A stretch of DNA of 63,889 bases, filler included, from Collodictyon triciliatum (GCA_043381765.1; 5 parts of 5 records of this genome joined end to end with filler, not necessarily neighbours in it); one strand, 5' to 3'. Shown: positions 51,081 through 63,799, numbered from the whole stretch's first letter. Numbers and translations: made by a program. The notes: a model not told the origin generated them from the letters alone.

Positions 51081-52960
51081 AAGAAGAAGAAGAAGAAGAA
51101 GNNNNNNNNNNNNNNNNNNNNNNNNNNNNNNNNNNNNNNNNNNNNNNNNNNNNNNNNNNNNNNNNNNNNNNNNNNNNNNNNNNNNNNNNNNNNNNNNNNN
51201 NNNNNNNNNNNNNNNNAAGAAGAAGAAGAAGAAGAAGAAGAAGAAGAAGAAGAAGAAGAAGAAGAAGAAGAAGAAGAAGAAGAAGAAGAAGAAGAAGAAG
51301 AAGAAGAAGAAGAATGATTTCCAAATAAAATCATGCTGGTAGATAAGATGACGAAAAGGCAGTTTGTGAGATAAAAAACATGATAAAAATATGCCGAGAG
51401 TATACCCAAATCTTTTCTGGAGGGAATTTGTGTCTCGACCGAGCTGGTTAGTGGGAGTAGTATAAGACATTTCTCTGAGATTACTCGGCCGAATAGCTCA
51501 ATCTCTTCTCTCAATTTCAGATAAACGGGATTTTTCCGAAAATATATGTCATTCACACCCTCTTGTACCATGGAGCAGACTATTTTATGCTGATACTAAG
51601 TTTCTATTCATACCGATATATCGCATAAATGTGTTACGGCTCAAGATTTACTCACATAACTTAACCCCGGATGTAGAAAACTGCCAGGTCACAGCTGTTT
51701 CATATGAGTGCGATTCAGTTTCATTCTCTGCTTCAGAAACTCCCGTCAGTTTGCCGATAAACCCAGATAAATATTTTTTTACCGATGTGAGACCACTATC
51801 AAAATTATTACATGCTACATTAGAAGAAACACACATATAACAATATAATAATACCATTCCTAATAAAGAAAATACGGTAAAATAAAAATCGTCACTGCGT
51901 GGTATATCAGCTCAAAAAAGACAGAGGAAGAGGTTAAACAAGTTAGAGTATGGGTATACTTAATGGAAGAAAAAATGACGAGGGCTTAAAAACTGCAGTG
52001 TCTAAATATCTTAACTAATATGTGTATATGAGTCCATTTCCCTTTATTATTATGATTATTTCCTTTTCGAAAATAAAAGTCAAGTATACCTGGATGATGT
52101 TCGAGGCAGAGATTTGTCTACGAAATAGCAACGTAGCGAGCTATCGTCAAACAAATAAGGGATATCTATGCACTGAATGAGCTTCAGACTGACCATCTGA
52201 TTTGCAAGAAGGACGGCAGCCATTCGCGTGTAGGAAAGCCTCTTCATAATCCATTGTACAGCATCACACGAGACAAAGCAGTTGTGGTAACGCTTCCCGT
52301 TGCTAATTATTGCACTAAACATATAACATGAGAGATCGGTTGAAACGTATGGAAGAGTCACGATCAGATGTCAGAGAATAATGATGGATTATTTCTTTCG
52401 TTCAAAGCTGAAAACTGTTCAGCGCCTGTGTATTTATTTGTATGTAAAGAAGTCATTTTAAATATATTGTTATTCAGACACCTGAGTTGTATTCCAGAAT
52501 CTGGTATTTTCATTTGTTGTACCAGATTGTGAAGTTCTTCGGTGGTGAAGCATAGTATTGTTGAGATTTGTCTGATACTATCGACAGATGGACCAATATT
52601 TGGTGATGGAGGCGTTTCTTCGACCTGTTGGACGGAGACGTTAAGAGATATCCATGAGAAGAGAGAAGGGATAAGAGAAAAATGAGAAAAGAAAAAATAT
52701 ATTGAAACAAGCACTTTCATACCTCTGGTGAGTCGGGGCCTGGATTAAGAAGAGGATCAAAGCTTGGTTTTCGAAGAGAGCTCTGTTGAGAGGGATCCTG
52801 ACCAATGCCGAGTCAAAAGAAAAAGAAAGAAAAGACAAAGAAAAAAGTTTATGGATTCATGCAATAATTCATAAAACTCCTTAATAAACAGAAGAAACAG
52901 AGTGGAAAGAGTGCTGGAAAGTAGCGTTTCTCAAGTCAAACTCAAGAGTAGCGTTACCAT
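48536..52960 (-). CDS. VPS9-domain Rab GEF with N-terminal DEP domain and VARP/ANKRD27-like pre-VPS9 region
   Basis: Probable ATG|gt at 52958-52960, then DPSQQSS. DEP exon GKRYHNCFVSCDAVQWIMKRLSYTRMAAVLLANQMVSLKLIQCI...FDDS. Then NPVYLKL...KCLILLPLTSS. VPS9 GADDILPFVIFAIIKARP..ANIYFI..F...G|FQFTTFRAAIDYV. TGA 48536-48538. Confidence 0.85.
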
Positions 52961-53124
52961 TCTTTCTCTTGTTTTTTTTTCCCAGTAAATAGGAGAAAAG
53001 TAGCGAATAAGCAGCGTCTGTTTTGCCTCTTGTCTCTGGCGGTTTCTCTAAAACCTGTGTTTGGAGTTACTTTCAACCATTTTTTCTTTTCCTTTTTTTT
53101 CTTAAAAAAAAATAATAAAAAAAA

Positions 53125-53161
<37 letters not shown>

Positions 53162-54264
53162 NNNNNNNNNNTTTTTTGTCCCTTCTTTTTAGATCCAACG
53201 GAGAAGATCAGGCCAAAGTAATGTTTCAGGGGATAAACGAAGCAGGGGGAAAGGGAAAGCTTTCTTCACGTTGGCTACAGGGTAACAATACAATGTCGGG
53301 GTGGCTGAGTCTGTCCTTTTTAGAAGAGTAAGAGGTAATGGAAAAAAATTGAAAAAAAAGAAAAAAAGAAAAAAAGAAAAAAAGAAAAAAAGAAAAAAAG
53401 AAAAAAAGAAAAAAAGAAAAAAAAAGAAAAAAAGAAAAAAAAAGAAAAGGAGGAACGAAGGACAAAAAAAGAGGTCAGAAAATAATGATCAAAGCAAGAA
53501 TCGATAAAATTGGCTCTGCCTTTTTTTTCTCTTCTTTTACGCAAAGATTCAACCATTCCCACCGCACAACATCGACGGCTGAGCGGCCTTCAAAAATTTC
53601 AGGGGTAAAAGAAAAAGAGAAGCAGAAGGGGGAGATAAAGGAAGAAAATAGGCCGTTTGAGTGGCGTATAGGATGGATATATGAATCAAAGGCATTTGTC
53701 TTCGTTGTCCTTCTAAGCTGGAAGCGTGTCGTTTTCCTGGTCCACCTGTACAGGTAGGCTGGCCGGGTTGAATTTTCGCGGAGTGCAAACTTATTCTGCT
53801 GCATTACTGCCAAACTGTGTCTTTTTCTGGGTTGAGTGGATTTTGAAATCACTACGGCGCCCATTTTTCTACAGTGTTGCCTCTGGTGTTCTTTAAGACA
53901 CTGGATAATTTTTTTTTTCATGTATGTTTATGGCAATAGGTGATGGTACCACACACTCGTGATAAAAGAATCCCTTTCGTGATGAATGCAACACATCTGT
54001 GAGTAAAAAAAAAAAAAAAAAAAAAAAAACCACTGACCTGTTATATTAATGCGAAAATCATCTAAAGTCTAGGTAAATAAGTGGTTTTTTTTTTTGGAAA
54101 AAAAAGGGAGCATTTGTTTATTTTCCTTAAATGTTATCATCATTCGGCCCTCCGGGCTGGAGCTTCCACCGGAGAAAGACAACTTTGGAGACTATATTGA
54201 CAGGATTTGGTTGCTGTTTCATCTGGGACTGTCGGTGGGGTATGATACTTCCAGTGGGCATTGA

Positions 54265-55105
54265 CTACCAATATGATGCCTGGGTGTCGTCCTCGGAAGT
54301 GGATAGCATTCGACTCAGTCGTTTCCCTTCCAAAGAAAAATATTTATGTCAACAGTTGTTTTGTTTTTCCCTTTATTCGATTCAAAATATAATTATGTCA
54401 ACAGTTGACAATACATATATAAGAGATAGCACAATATAATGTCCGTGACGAATCAGCCATTGTTGCCATACGATGGTTACCTTGAATGTTTTTACGAAGA
54501 ATTTGTACCGCAAGATCCGTCTCACTTTCGTTTCGGACTGGTGTGTTAACCGTAGATATCGCAGAAGGGCGTTGTGGCGCAGATGAAAGTTGAGTGGAGT
54601 CAGTGAGTCTTGACTGGGACCGTTCATATGCTTCTTCTCGTTGGTGTGCTCGCGTGAGCTCTTGGTTTTGAACTTTTAATATGTTGTTCTCTTGGCGAAG
54701 CTTCGAAACCTATGTCCGAATATTTGTTCGAATTCAACATTATACATGGCAAATGCGTACAATCTGGCAGCGAGTACCAAAGTCTTTATCACATTTTAAT
54801 ACATTTGAGTCATATAATATAATTTCATTTGGATTTTTACCAATTTAAAAGAGATAGCAATTTAAACCAACTTAGTAATGATTATTAATTTGACAAATAT
54901 CAAACATAATAGACAATTTAATTAAATGCGTACATCAGCATAAAATTTTGAGGATTGTTTCGTTAGAGCTACACTTTTAACTGAAAGAAAATATAATAGA
55001 AGTAAGCTATACTTCTGTCTGTAAACGGTCTGTCACTCTAACCAAGTCAAGCTTTTCTTTTGGCAATTCTTTGACAGTGTTTGCCGTTGTTCGAGAGAAA
55101 TATTT
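54265..55105 (-). CDS. 3' fragment of a coiled-coil protein, truncated by spacer gap
   Basis: Three in-phase exons: KYFSRTT...DLVRVTDRLQTE|VSKLRQENNILKVQNQELTRAH...LAVQILRKNIQ|GKRLSRMLSTSEDDTQASYW*. Confidence 0.6.
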
Positions 55106-55293
55106 CTGTTTGCAAGAAATAAATGATAATAAAATAAGAAGACATTACATATCCTGTCTTGAACTATATGGTTTGAGAACTCATCTTGAAAACATTTCGT
55201 TAGTTGATTGGCAAAATTTGTTCAATATTGGAGGTATGAAGAGGGATGGGGGGGGGGGGGGGGGGGTTCTTTATTTAAAGAATATGGGGTGAT

Positions 55294-55393
55294 NNNNNNN
55301 NNNNNNNNNNNNNNNNNNNNNNNNNNNNNNNNNNNNNTTAATTAATTAANNNNNNNNNNNNNNNNNNNNNNNNNNNNNNNNNNNNNNNNNNNN
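55294..55393. other. Assembly gap with TTAATTAATTAA spacer
   Basis: Spacer at 55338-55349 inside N block. Confidence 0.97.
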
Positions 55394-56310
55394 TTAATTT
55401 ATTGATTATTATTATTATATGCGCATTATTAGCATATAGATTTAACTGATTAAGATGTCTTGATGCTCTTNNNNNNNNNNNNNNNNNNNNNNNNNNNNNN
55501 NNNNNNNNNNNNNNNNNNNNNNNNNNNNNNNNNNNNNNNNNNNNNNNNNNNNNNNNNNNNNNNNNNNNNNNNNNNNNNNNNNNNNNNNNNNNNNNNNNNN
55601 NNNNNNNNNNNNNNNNNNNNNNNNNNNNNNNNNNNNNNNNNNNNNNNNNNNNNNNNNNNNNNNNNNNNNNNNNNNNNNNNNNNNNNNNNNNNNNNNNNNN
55701 NNNNNNNNNNNNNNNNNNNNNNNNNNNNNNNNNNNNNNNNNNNNNNNNNNNNNNNNNNNNNNNNNNNNNNNNNNNNNNNNNNNNNNNNNNNNNNNNNNNN
55801 NNNNNNNNNNNNNNNNNNNNNNNNNNNNNNNNNNNNNNNNNNNNNNNNNNNNNNNNNNNNNNNNNNNNNNNNNNNNNNNNNNNNNNNNNNNNNNNNNNNN
55901 NNNNNNNNNNNNNNNNNNNNNNNNNNNNNNNNNNNNNNNNNNNNNNNNNNNNNNNNNNNNNNNNNNNNNNNNNNNNNNNNNNNNNNNNNNNNNNNNNNNN
56001 NNNNNNNNNNNNNNNNNNNNNNNNNNNNNNNNNNNNNNNNNNNNNNNNNNNNNNNNNNNNNNNNNNNNNNNNNNNNNNNNNNNNNNNNNNNNNNNNNNNN
56101 NNNNNNNNNNNNNNNNNNNNNNNNNNNNNNNNNNNNNNNNNNNNNNNNNNNNNNNNNNNNNNNNNNNNNNNNNNNNNNNNNNNNNNNNNNNNNNNNNNNN
56201 NNNNNNNNNNNNNNNNNNNNNNNNNNNNNNNNNNNNNNNNNNNNNNNNNNNNNNNNNNNNNNNNNNNNNNNNNNNNNNNNNNNNNNNNNNNNNNNNNNNN
56301 NNNNNNNNNN

Positions 56311-59300
56311 GGGACAATATCAACTCGGAAAGCAAATGGTCTTCCTGAAGTATTGCCTGGTAATGCTGCATTATAGCTAGCACGACTTCCTATATCCTGT
56401 CTGTAGTTTTCTCTTTAAACGCAATTGATGTATCCACACCAATGTTTAGATACTTTTTCCAACTGCATATTGACAAACAATCATACCTATCCATCTTCAG
56501 CATGCTTATTTGGAAAAGATATTGCATTTCGTCCGTAACTCAGCTTCGAAAAGGATTGGACGAGTATATGTGAAATATCGGGAAGTGAAGGTGTCAAACC
56601 AACAAAAAGCAGCAGCAAAAATTCAATCAGGTGACTTTTTTTTCTCGACATAATATAAGTAATCGCATACGCATGAAACGCTCAATCGAGAACTTCTTTA
56701 TATCGCTCCTGTCCATTCGTTTTGTCCTTCGTTCTTATTTTTTATTTTTTTTTTACACACAAATTTATCAAGCTTATCGAAGACGTTCTCGCCGAATCAC
56801 TCAATCCGAATCAGGACCCCAGGACGAAGAAGGTTTCACCAACATATCTGGAACTTTATAGCCTCTTTCTTTCATGAATATAAATTCGATTTTTTTTATG
56901 TGTTTGTTACTATATTTCTTTTATATAATAGCCCGAAAGCAGACGGTTTATTTTTACCTAGTCCAACAATTACATAATCTCATTACTATTTCTTTAATTA
57001 ATATATCTTCTCGCCAGTTGATGTACCTCCCACACAGCAAGTGAGTCCTCACCAAAATTACACATTTAAATTTAAATTATTTTTTTTTAAAAAAAATCGT
57101 AATTATAGCAAGAAAAGTAAAGGTGTCACTATCTTCATAATTTAAGATATAAAACTATCATCCTTTATTCGAAGCAAAGTTCATCCATACAATCTTACCT
57201 AACCTCTCCAAACAAAATATAAGGATGAGCCAATCACGCCCAAAAAACCAACACAAGAGACTCTCGAGACCGAGCCTGTAACGCCAAAGACAGCTGCTGC
57301 AGATGCCATTCTCGGCAGTCCTTCGTCCATCTTCTCATTGGAACGTTCGCCAACACAAGAAGCAAGCAGCGAGCCAAAGTCTCCGCGTGCAAATGAAGTA
57401 TCTGTTGGACGACCTGATCTATCATCTACTAGCACACCACAGACTCCGAAACCAGCTTTAGGAAGTCCAATGATGAGTCGCCGAAGCATGCTGACTCACA
57501 GTTTGCCCAAGGTTGTTTCCCGGATGTTTGAATATTTGCGCACAAAAGGTAGCTACTAATGAGTCAAAATGAATATAAAATTCATATTAAGTCCCTGTAG
57601 GGCAATCGGTGACATTTCTTTTCACTAGGTCAATAAATGAAATTTCTTGATTTAAAATTTCAATTACACAGAATGAAGCCAAAGTAACGAAACAGAAAAA
57701 AAAAACGAACGATTTAATGGATTAAAAGGGAAGGATTATTTTTTAGCAAACTTATTCTATTCTATTTGATGTCAGGTACCGACCAAGTGGGCATATTCAG
57801 GGTTGCTGGTGCTGCAGCTGAAGTCCAGGCAATCATGAAAAGCATCGAAGAAGGTTGAGTGTTTCCCATGAGACTGCGACTTCTTATAAAATATGGAATT
57901 GTTTTGCATAATATTATAATCATACATACGAATTTTTTTTAAAATTTTATTTATTATAATTGCAATTAAATGACAACAAGTCCTGATACAAGCAATTTTC
58001 ACAAGCATGAATTATTTAGTCGTATAGAGAGGCAAGTTTGTCAAGTTATTCAAAATTTCTAATATTTAGGAAAAGATGTCGCTTTTCACTCTGTATCTGA
58101 TTGTAACGTTGTTGCCACCGTCTTAAAGCATTATATCCGCAACCTGAAAGAGCCTATTGCAACATACCACTTGTATGATGATTTCATAAAGGCGGCAGGT
58201 ATACCTCCTCCAAAAGCATTATTTGCCATTTTATATAGTTTTCGATGTTTTAATTGTGTCACGTATATGGCCCATAAATAGAAAAGAAACACACAATTAA
58301 CACTGAGAGGCAAAAATAAAAAATAATAGTGATAATAAAAAAAAAAAAAAGGGCAAAGTTCATCATGAGTTTCACATGCAGATATAAGCGACCGCGAAGA
58401 AATGAACTCGCACCTGAGAAAAGTTGTCCAGCGGATGCCAGCATTTAACAGGCTCTTCCTTCAGGAATTGTGTCTCTTTCTTTCCCAAGTGGCTGAACAC
58501 TCGGCCATTAATAAAATGGTGCCGTCAAATTTGGCTATTGTTTTCTCTCCAAACATCTTCAAGAGTCCCACAGAAAACAAAGGAGCCGAGCTCGTTCGCT
58601 CCCAACAGAGTTGTGTTGTTATGACCGCCATGATAGAAAACTATGCCATTATCTTTGAGGTATACTTTTCTTCACAATAGTTGCAAAACTACAATTATTT
58701 GAGTTGAAGTGTCGACTCCGAGAAATATACTCATATGCTAATATTTTAATGGGCTCAATCTGGTCAGGGCGCGAGCAGCAATTCTCCACGGTCTGTAACA
58801 AAGCGCCCTGAGGCTGACGTGACCACATACCAGTACCCCGAGTATGCCATGCTGTACTTTAACATCCCTTCGTCGTCTGGTCTATTCCGCTCGCGCACAG
58901 GCTCAGTCATGGACATCATCGTCCACACAAAGGTTTTTACGGGCCCACAGTTTCTTAATTTCAAGACTCTTATGACCCGCCTGAAAAGGGGATAGGCAAT
59001 CATCCATATAACGGGGGATGGTTTCATAGGCCCAGCAATTTAACATCCTCGTCAGATTTTGCATTCAGATCTCTAAAGAATTAAATTCACTCTGTGATAG
59101 GTTCAAATCACTCAACCAATGCACAAGAATATTCCATTAGAGAGAAAGAAAGATACCCTTGAAGTATTCAGAAGTAATATTATCTTAACGATATAATTTT
59201 GTCATATCTTATCTATGTGTTTGTTCGGTATGTTTTCTTTATTTGTAAACAATTTTTTAAAAGAATAACAATAAGAATAAATTAATAGATATCCTTAAAT

Positions 59301-60137
59301 TCATGGGTGATCTCGGGTCGCAAATTCCGCCTATCACCTTATGCCAGGCAATTGTGGATAAAGTATTTAATTCAGCATTTCATCGACTTCAGTCATTTTC
59401 TGTAATGGATACTGCCACGAATCGTGTATTCTCAAAAGATTTTTCTTTTAATAGGGGATTCGATTTTTCGATATCCGAGATGAAATATTAGCGCAGCTTT
59501 GTCGACAAATTTCCAACAACAGAGAGAGGTAATATCACACATTTATTCCATACTGAAGACCAACCGAAATATACCACAGTTCAAGCCTATTTTTTTTTTC
59601 AAAAAAGATAATTGCATATTCAATAAGGCTTTATTTCCGTTTCTGCGTTGGCTCTGCTCGATAAATCTTATTTTTGTATGGACATATAGCAAAAGCCGTG
59701 TGCTTGGATGGCAACTTCTGGTTCACTGTCTCGGCTGTTTCCCTCCATCCAGCACATTCAGCCCGTATCTGAGAAACTTTCTCACAGGCACAGCAGAACA
59801 GCCCAAAGGTTCTCTCTTTTTTTTTAAAAAAAATAAATAAAATAAAATAGAAATAGAAATAGAAAATATTCATCGCCCAGTAAGCAAATTTAATGGGCTA
59901 TTTCCTTGATTGAGCTCTTTCTTGCTTCTCCCTAATTTTCCTTTAGACGGATTTGGTTTCGCCTCCTCTACCCAATTCTCTCCATTTTCTTCTTTCAAAT
60001 TCTAAAAACTAGTTTCCCCCGAAACATACTTAGCCACTTCAATCGAAAAGAAGAGAGCTAAAGTGGCATTAGAGTATATGGAGAAAATCATTAAATCCGG
60101 TCCTCGAAAATCTAATGTGTCAAAGATGGAGTTTGAT
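56311..60137 (+). CDS. Partial unconventional myosin: converter + IQ + RhoGAP + MyTH4 (both ends lost in gaps)
   Basis: GQYQLGKQMVFLKYCL|HAYLEK (myosin converter end); AAAKIQS|AYRRR (IQ). RhoGAP LPKVV...GIFRVAG...ATVLKHYIRNLKEP...NKMVPSNLAIVFSPNI. MyTH4 ILKFMGD...IRDEILAQLCRQISNN...GWQLLVHCLGCFPPSSTFSPYLRNFL...GPRK. Confidence 0.82.
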
Positions 60138-60237
60138 NNNNNNNNNNNNNNNNNNNNNNNNNNNNNNNNNNNNNNNNNNNNTTAATTAATTAANNNNNNN
60201 NNNNNNNNNNNNNNNNNNNNNNNNNNNNNNNNNNNNN
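60138..60237. other. Assembly gap with TTAATTAATTAA spacer
   Basis: Spacer at 60182-60193 inside N block. Confidence 0.97.
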
Positions 60238-60330
60238 TTTTTTTCCTTCTTTTTGCTCCTCTTTTCCTCCTTGATTTCATTTGACACATATGCGGAATTG
60301 GCACCGATGCATCACTGAACCAGATTTGAT

Positions 60331-61934
60331 TTATAACAACGGAAGTCCGTAAAAAGTTGGAAAGCGTGAATAGTGATAGAAACATATGTATAGCAAAAGA
60401 AACAAAAGGTTGAAGTAGTTCGACCAAGGAAGAAACTGGTAGCGGAATGCGAGTACGATGTTGTACACGGCACTGATGACAACGCCCGTTGTGCGCAATC
60501 CTCCATGCTTTAAGAGCAGCAGACCCGTCCCTAAAAACAACGGACTGCTCAGAGCGAATGACTTCCAAATCGCCTGTCTGACCAGATGCAAAGGATTTAC
60601 GGAGGACCCACGAAACTGGCGAGAAATCAGCGACCACATGATGGTTCGGACTTGGCTGTGCCGGCGCACGAAGCGGAGAAAGCGAACGCAAAAGACCCAT
60701 ATGCCGAGCATCGTATTGGAAAGAACGGCCCCAGACCGCAGGAAGACATAAAAGAATGATTGTGTCTTTTTCGTGGACTTGTCCAGTTGATACCGAATGT
60801 TTAGAACCTCTTGCTCTAGCTGCAGTAACTTAGTCTGGAGATGTATCTCGCGCGGAGTGACTTCTTCTGTTGATTGATGATATATGGAGCTGACTAAGTT
60901 ATAAGTGTGATGTACCAGGAACTGATTATATATTTTTTCCTTTATTCGATTAGGAACTGATTATATATAATCAGGTCTAATAATATATCATAGTACATAC
61001 ATGTATTCACGAAGAGAGGAAAAGAAAATGAATTAAGAGGAAAAAGATTAGGTGAATATGACTTCTATGTAGTAAATTACAACTGTTGATTGAATAAATA
61101 AATCGATGAAGTACCTAATTCTGTTACGTTTGGTGTACTTTTGACTTTTCTTATCTGTGATGATTTCTTCTGGGCTAAAGGTCCGTTCCTTCTTGAGTGC
61201 TGCTGAGCTTCTGCCCCGCCTATTTTATCATCTGTAGGCGACTCTGTCAAAGCTCTTGATGATGTTCGCCGTCCTTTCGAAGAGCTGGAGGCGCGATTAA
61301 GTAGCCCGTTGGAAGACTGCACGATTGCCGGTGACATGTCTGTAGGCGCATTGACCGAAGCAGATGACATGTTTGAGATGCTGCTGAGAGAAGAGGATGA
61401 ATAAGGCGCCGATGGGCTTGGTGATGACTTAACCTTTGTCTGCTTCGAGGGCTGCATGGATGTTTCTCGCTCTGCAGCCCAAAACTTATCATCAGACTCG
61501 ACAACCTGCACGGCATTTTCGCAGGCGATATGCATTTGAGATGGATTGTGGTTGGTTATGTTTTTGTCCGCACGAGAAAGCGCTATATCCGAAGCGACTT
61601 TTGGAAGGCGGTATCGATCGTCCTCGTCCTCGTCCTTGTCTTTGTCTTTGTCCTTGTTTTTGTCTTTATCTTTGTCTTTGTCCTTGTCTCTTTCCTTGTC
61701 TTTTTCCTTGTCTTTTTCCTTGTCTTTGTGTGCAGGCTTCCATGTTGGGTTGTGATCGTGATCGTGTATGTTCCTTTGATGGTCCGAGTGTGAACGACGG
61801 TGCAGTGTCGTTGTACGAAGCAGGGTTCTTTGGTTTGGGACTGCTCGGTTTGTAGGGACGATCAGATGTCCGCTGCTGCGATCAATCATATCGAAGCCGA
61901 GTCCGAAGGAGATCGGCGCGGTATTGCGATCCAT
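60331..61934 (-). CDS. Hypothetical membrane protein: long disordered N-terminus (KD repeat, Ser-rich), coiled coil, about 4 C-terminal TM segments; 2 exons
   Basis: ORF from ATG 61934 splices (phase 1, tcag acceptor near 60890) into APYHQSTEE...LQTKLLQLEQEVLNIRYQLDK...MLGIWVFCVRF...YFNLLFLLLYICFYHY...GLPLL* (TAA 60331). Confidence 0.65.
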
Positions 61935-61947
61935 GGCTAATCTATTT

Positions 61948-62062
61948 ATTGTTGTTGTTTTGCGTTGTTGTTTTGCGTTGTTGTTTTGCGTTGTTATTTT
62001 GCGTTGTTATTTTGCGTTGTTGTTTTGCGTTGTTGTTTTGCGTTGTTGTTTTGCGTTGTTTT
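61948..62062. repeat. 13-mer (TTGTTRTTTTGCG)n upstream of ATG 61934
   Basis: Direct reading. Confidence 0.88.
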
Positions 62063-62461
62063 TCTGGGTTGCGTTTTTCTTTTCTGTTCTGCTGGAAAGA
62101 TCTTCGCAGGCTGTCCCGGGAGGATCAGTTTTGGTGTTCTGCTTTCCAGGGGCTGGGCAGGTTCTTTGAGATTGAGAGAGAGTCCGTCCACGGGATTCTT
62201 GCTCTGCAATCCGGCTGAAACAACCGCGTGCCTAATAGCCGTCTGGTATGGCGCAATCTAAATCAATTAAGCGAGTAAGCAAGTGGCTGAGTCTGTGTGT
62301 AAACTCTTGTTTTGTGGTTGGTGAGTAAGTGTGGCTTCGTGAGTTGGGCTTCTTCTGCCGAACTATCGGACATATTAAAACGAAAAAGAAATATCTGTGG
62401 CTAAATGTTGTAAATACTATGTATATATTATTTTATTGATTACCTTGTGCTGATAAGAAGC

Positions 62462-62533
62462 GGCTTAATGGTCTAGTGGTATGATTCTCCGTTCGGGTCG
62501 GAGAGGTCTCGGGTTCGATTCCCGATTGAGCCC
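62462..62533 (+). tRNA. tRNA-Pro(CGG), intronless
   Basis: Acceptor stem GGCTTAA/TTGAGCC, A-box TGGTCTAGTGG, anticodon arm CTCCG-TTCGGGT-CGGAG, T arm TCGGG-TTCGATT-CCCGA, oligo-T Pol III terminator about 10 nt downstream. Confidence 0.95.
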
Positions 62534-62782
62534 GGCTCATTAATTTTTCGCAAATGTTTCAATTCCAAAATTGGAATTCCTTTAACTGGAGCGAGCTTGC
62601 CGTACTCTGACTCCCTCAAATCGTTTCGATTGTGATGATCACAACACGTCACGAGCGACCGTATCTTTGGACAGTTAGTTTTATCGCACCGCATGAACAC
62701 ATGGTTTCTATTGCCAAGGAGAGAGAGCCTTTCACTCTAATTTTCTATTATAAAAGATAAATATGGAGCAGAGCGAACAAAC

Positions 62783-62824
<42 letters not shown>

Positions 62825-62900
62825 TGAGCCCTACTTGGTGTTGAGGACAGATGCATCCTTCCAAAGTTTTCTGTGGTGTGAAAGAAGTCTACTTTACTAG

Positions 62901-63593
62901 ATGCAGCGACGCTTTGCACTTCTGCTGCTCGCTTTGGCCATTGTGTGTGCCTGTGCTTGTGTTGAGACAAAGAACTCGGAAAGCATCACTCGCGCTGCGA
63001 TCCGCATCCAAAACCGAACCCAAAAGACTGTTGCTGCCCGAACCACGATTGGCGGGCCGATCTATGGCACAGTGTATGTCCGCTCGTCCCTACTCTTTTC
63101 TTTTCCCATTTTCTGTTTATTCAATTTTTCTGCGTTTTCTATTTTTTTCTATTTTTTTCTATTTTTTTCTATTTTTTTCTATTTTTTTTCTATTTTTTTC
63201 TATTTTTTTTCTATTTTTCTTATTTATCTCTTTTAATTGTGTATGTGAGCTGCTTGGTTGTGCAAGAGCCCATCCCTGTGTTCCGTTATTGGGCTCATTC
63301 TAAATGAATAGCTTTATCTGATTCCAACCCGGCATTTTAAGAAATAACGCAAGTAAAGATAACAAACCTGACTAAACAATGTGGCATTCGCTTAAAGTGC
63401 CGTGACACCGAATCAGGAGGGCCTCATCGAGTGTGCCTTTGTCTGGTACGCTGTCGAGTTTTTCGAGGCCAACACAAACCGCCTGATTTGCACGACACAA
63501 GATCCCGTCGATATCTATTGCGGACGCCGTGTTACCATTCGTCCTGATGGAAACGGAGGATTCGTCTGTGCTCGCGAAGACGAGGAGCAATAA
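62901..63593 (+). CDS. Small secreted Cys-containing protein, 122 aa, 2 exons (62901-63073, 63398-63593)
   Basis: Signal peptide MQRRFALLLLALAIVCACAC. Phase-2 join GT-V-AVTPNQEGLIECAFVWYAVEFF...ICTTQDPVDIYCGRRVTIRPDGNGGFVCAREDEEQ*. Confidence 0.75.
63137..63225. repeat. Intronic (TTTTTTTCTA)n
   Basis: Direct reading. Confidence 0.85.
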
Positions 63594-63799
63594 ACAACCC
63601 CTATGATGCATTCCCTCTTAGACAGACGAGTATCATACGAGCACACATAAGCACAGGATGAAACGTAGAAACCACAAGAGCGAGAAAACTATGAAGCTTG
63701 AAGCTTTCAAAAGAGTACTTATGTGTGTCATTTTTTTTCTCGGGAACTGGCGGAAATAAGGCGTCATATATTTATGTTTCTTTCCCTCTTCCCTTCTTT

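Noticed and set aside
59348-59353. Possible GC-AG donor (CAG|gcaatt) in the MyTH4 region
   Set aside because: A GT donor five codons later (AIVDK|gtattt) gives an in-phase and better MyTH4 alignment.
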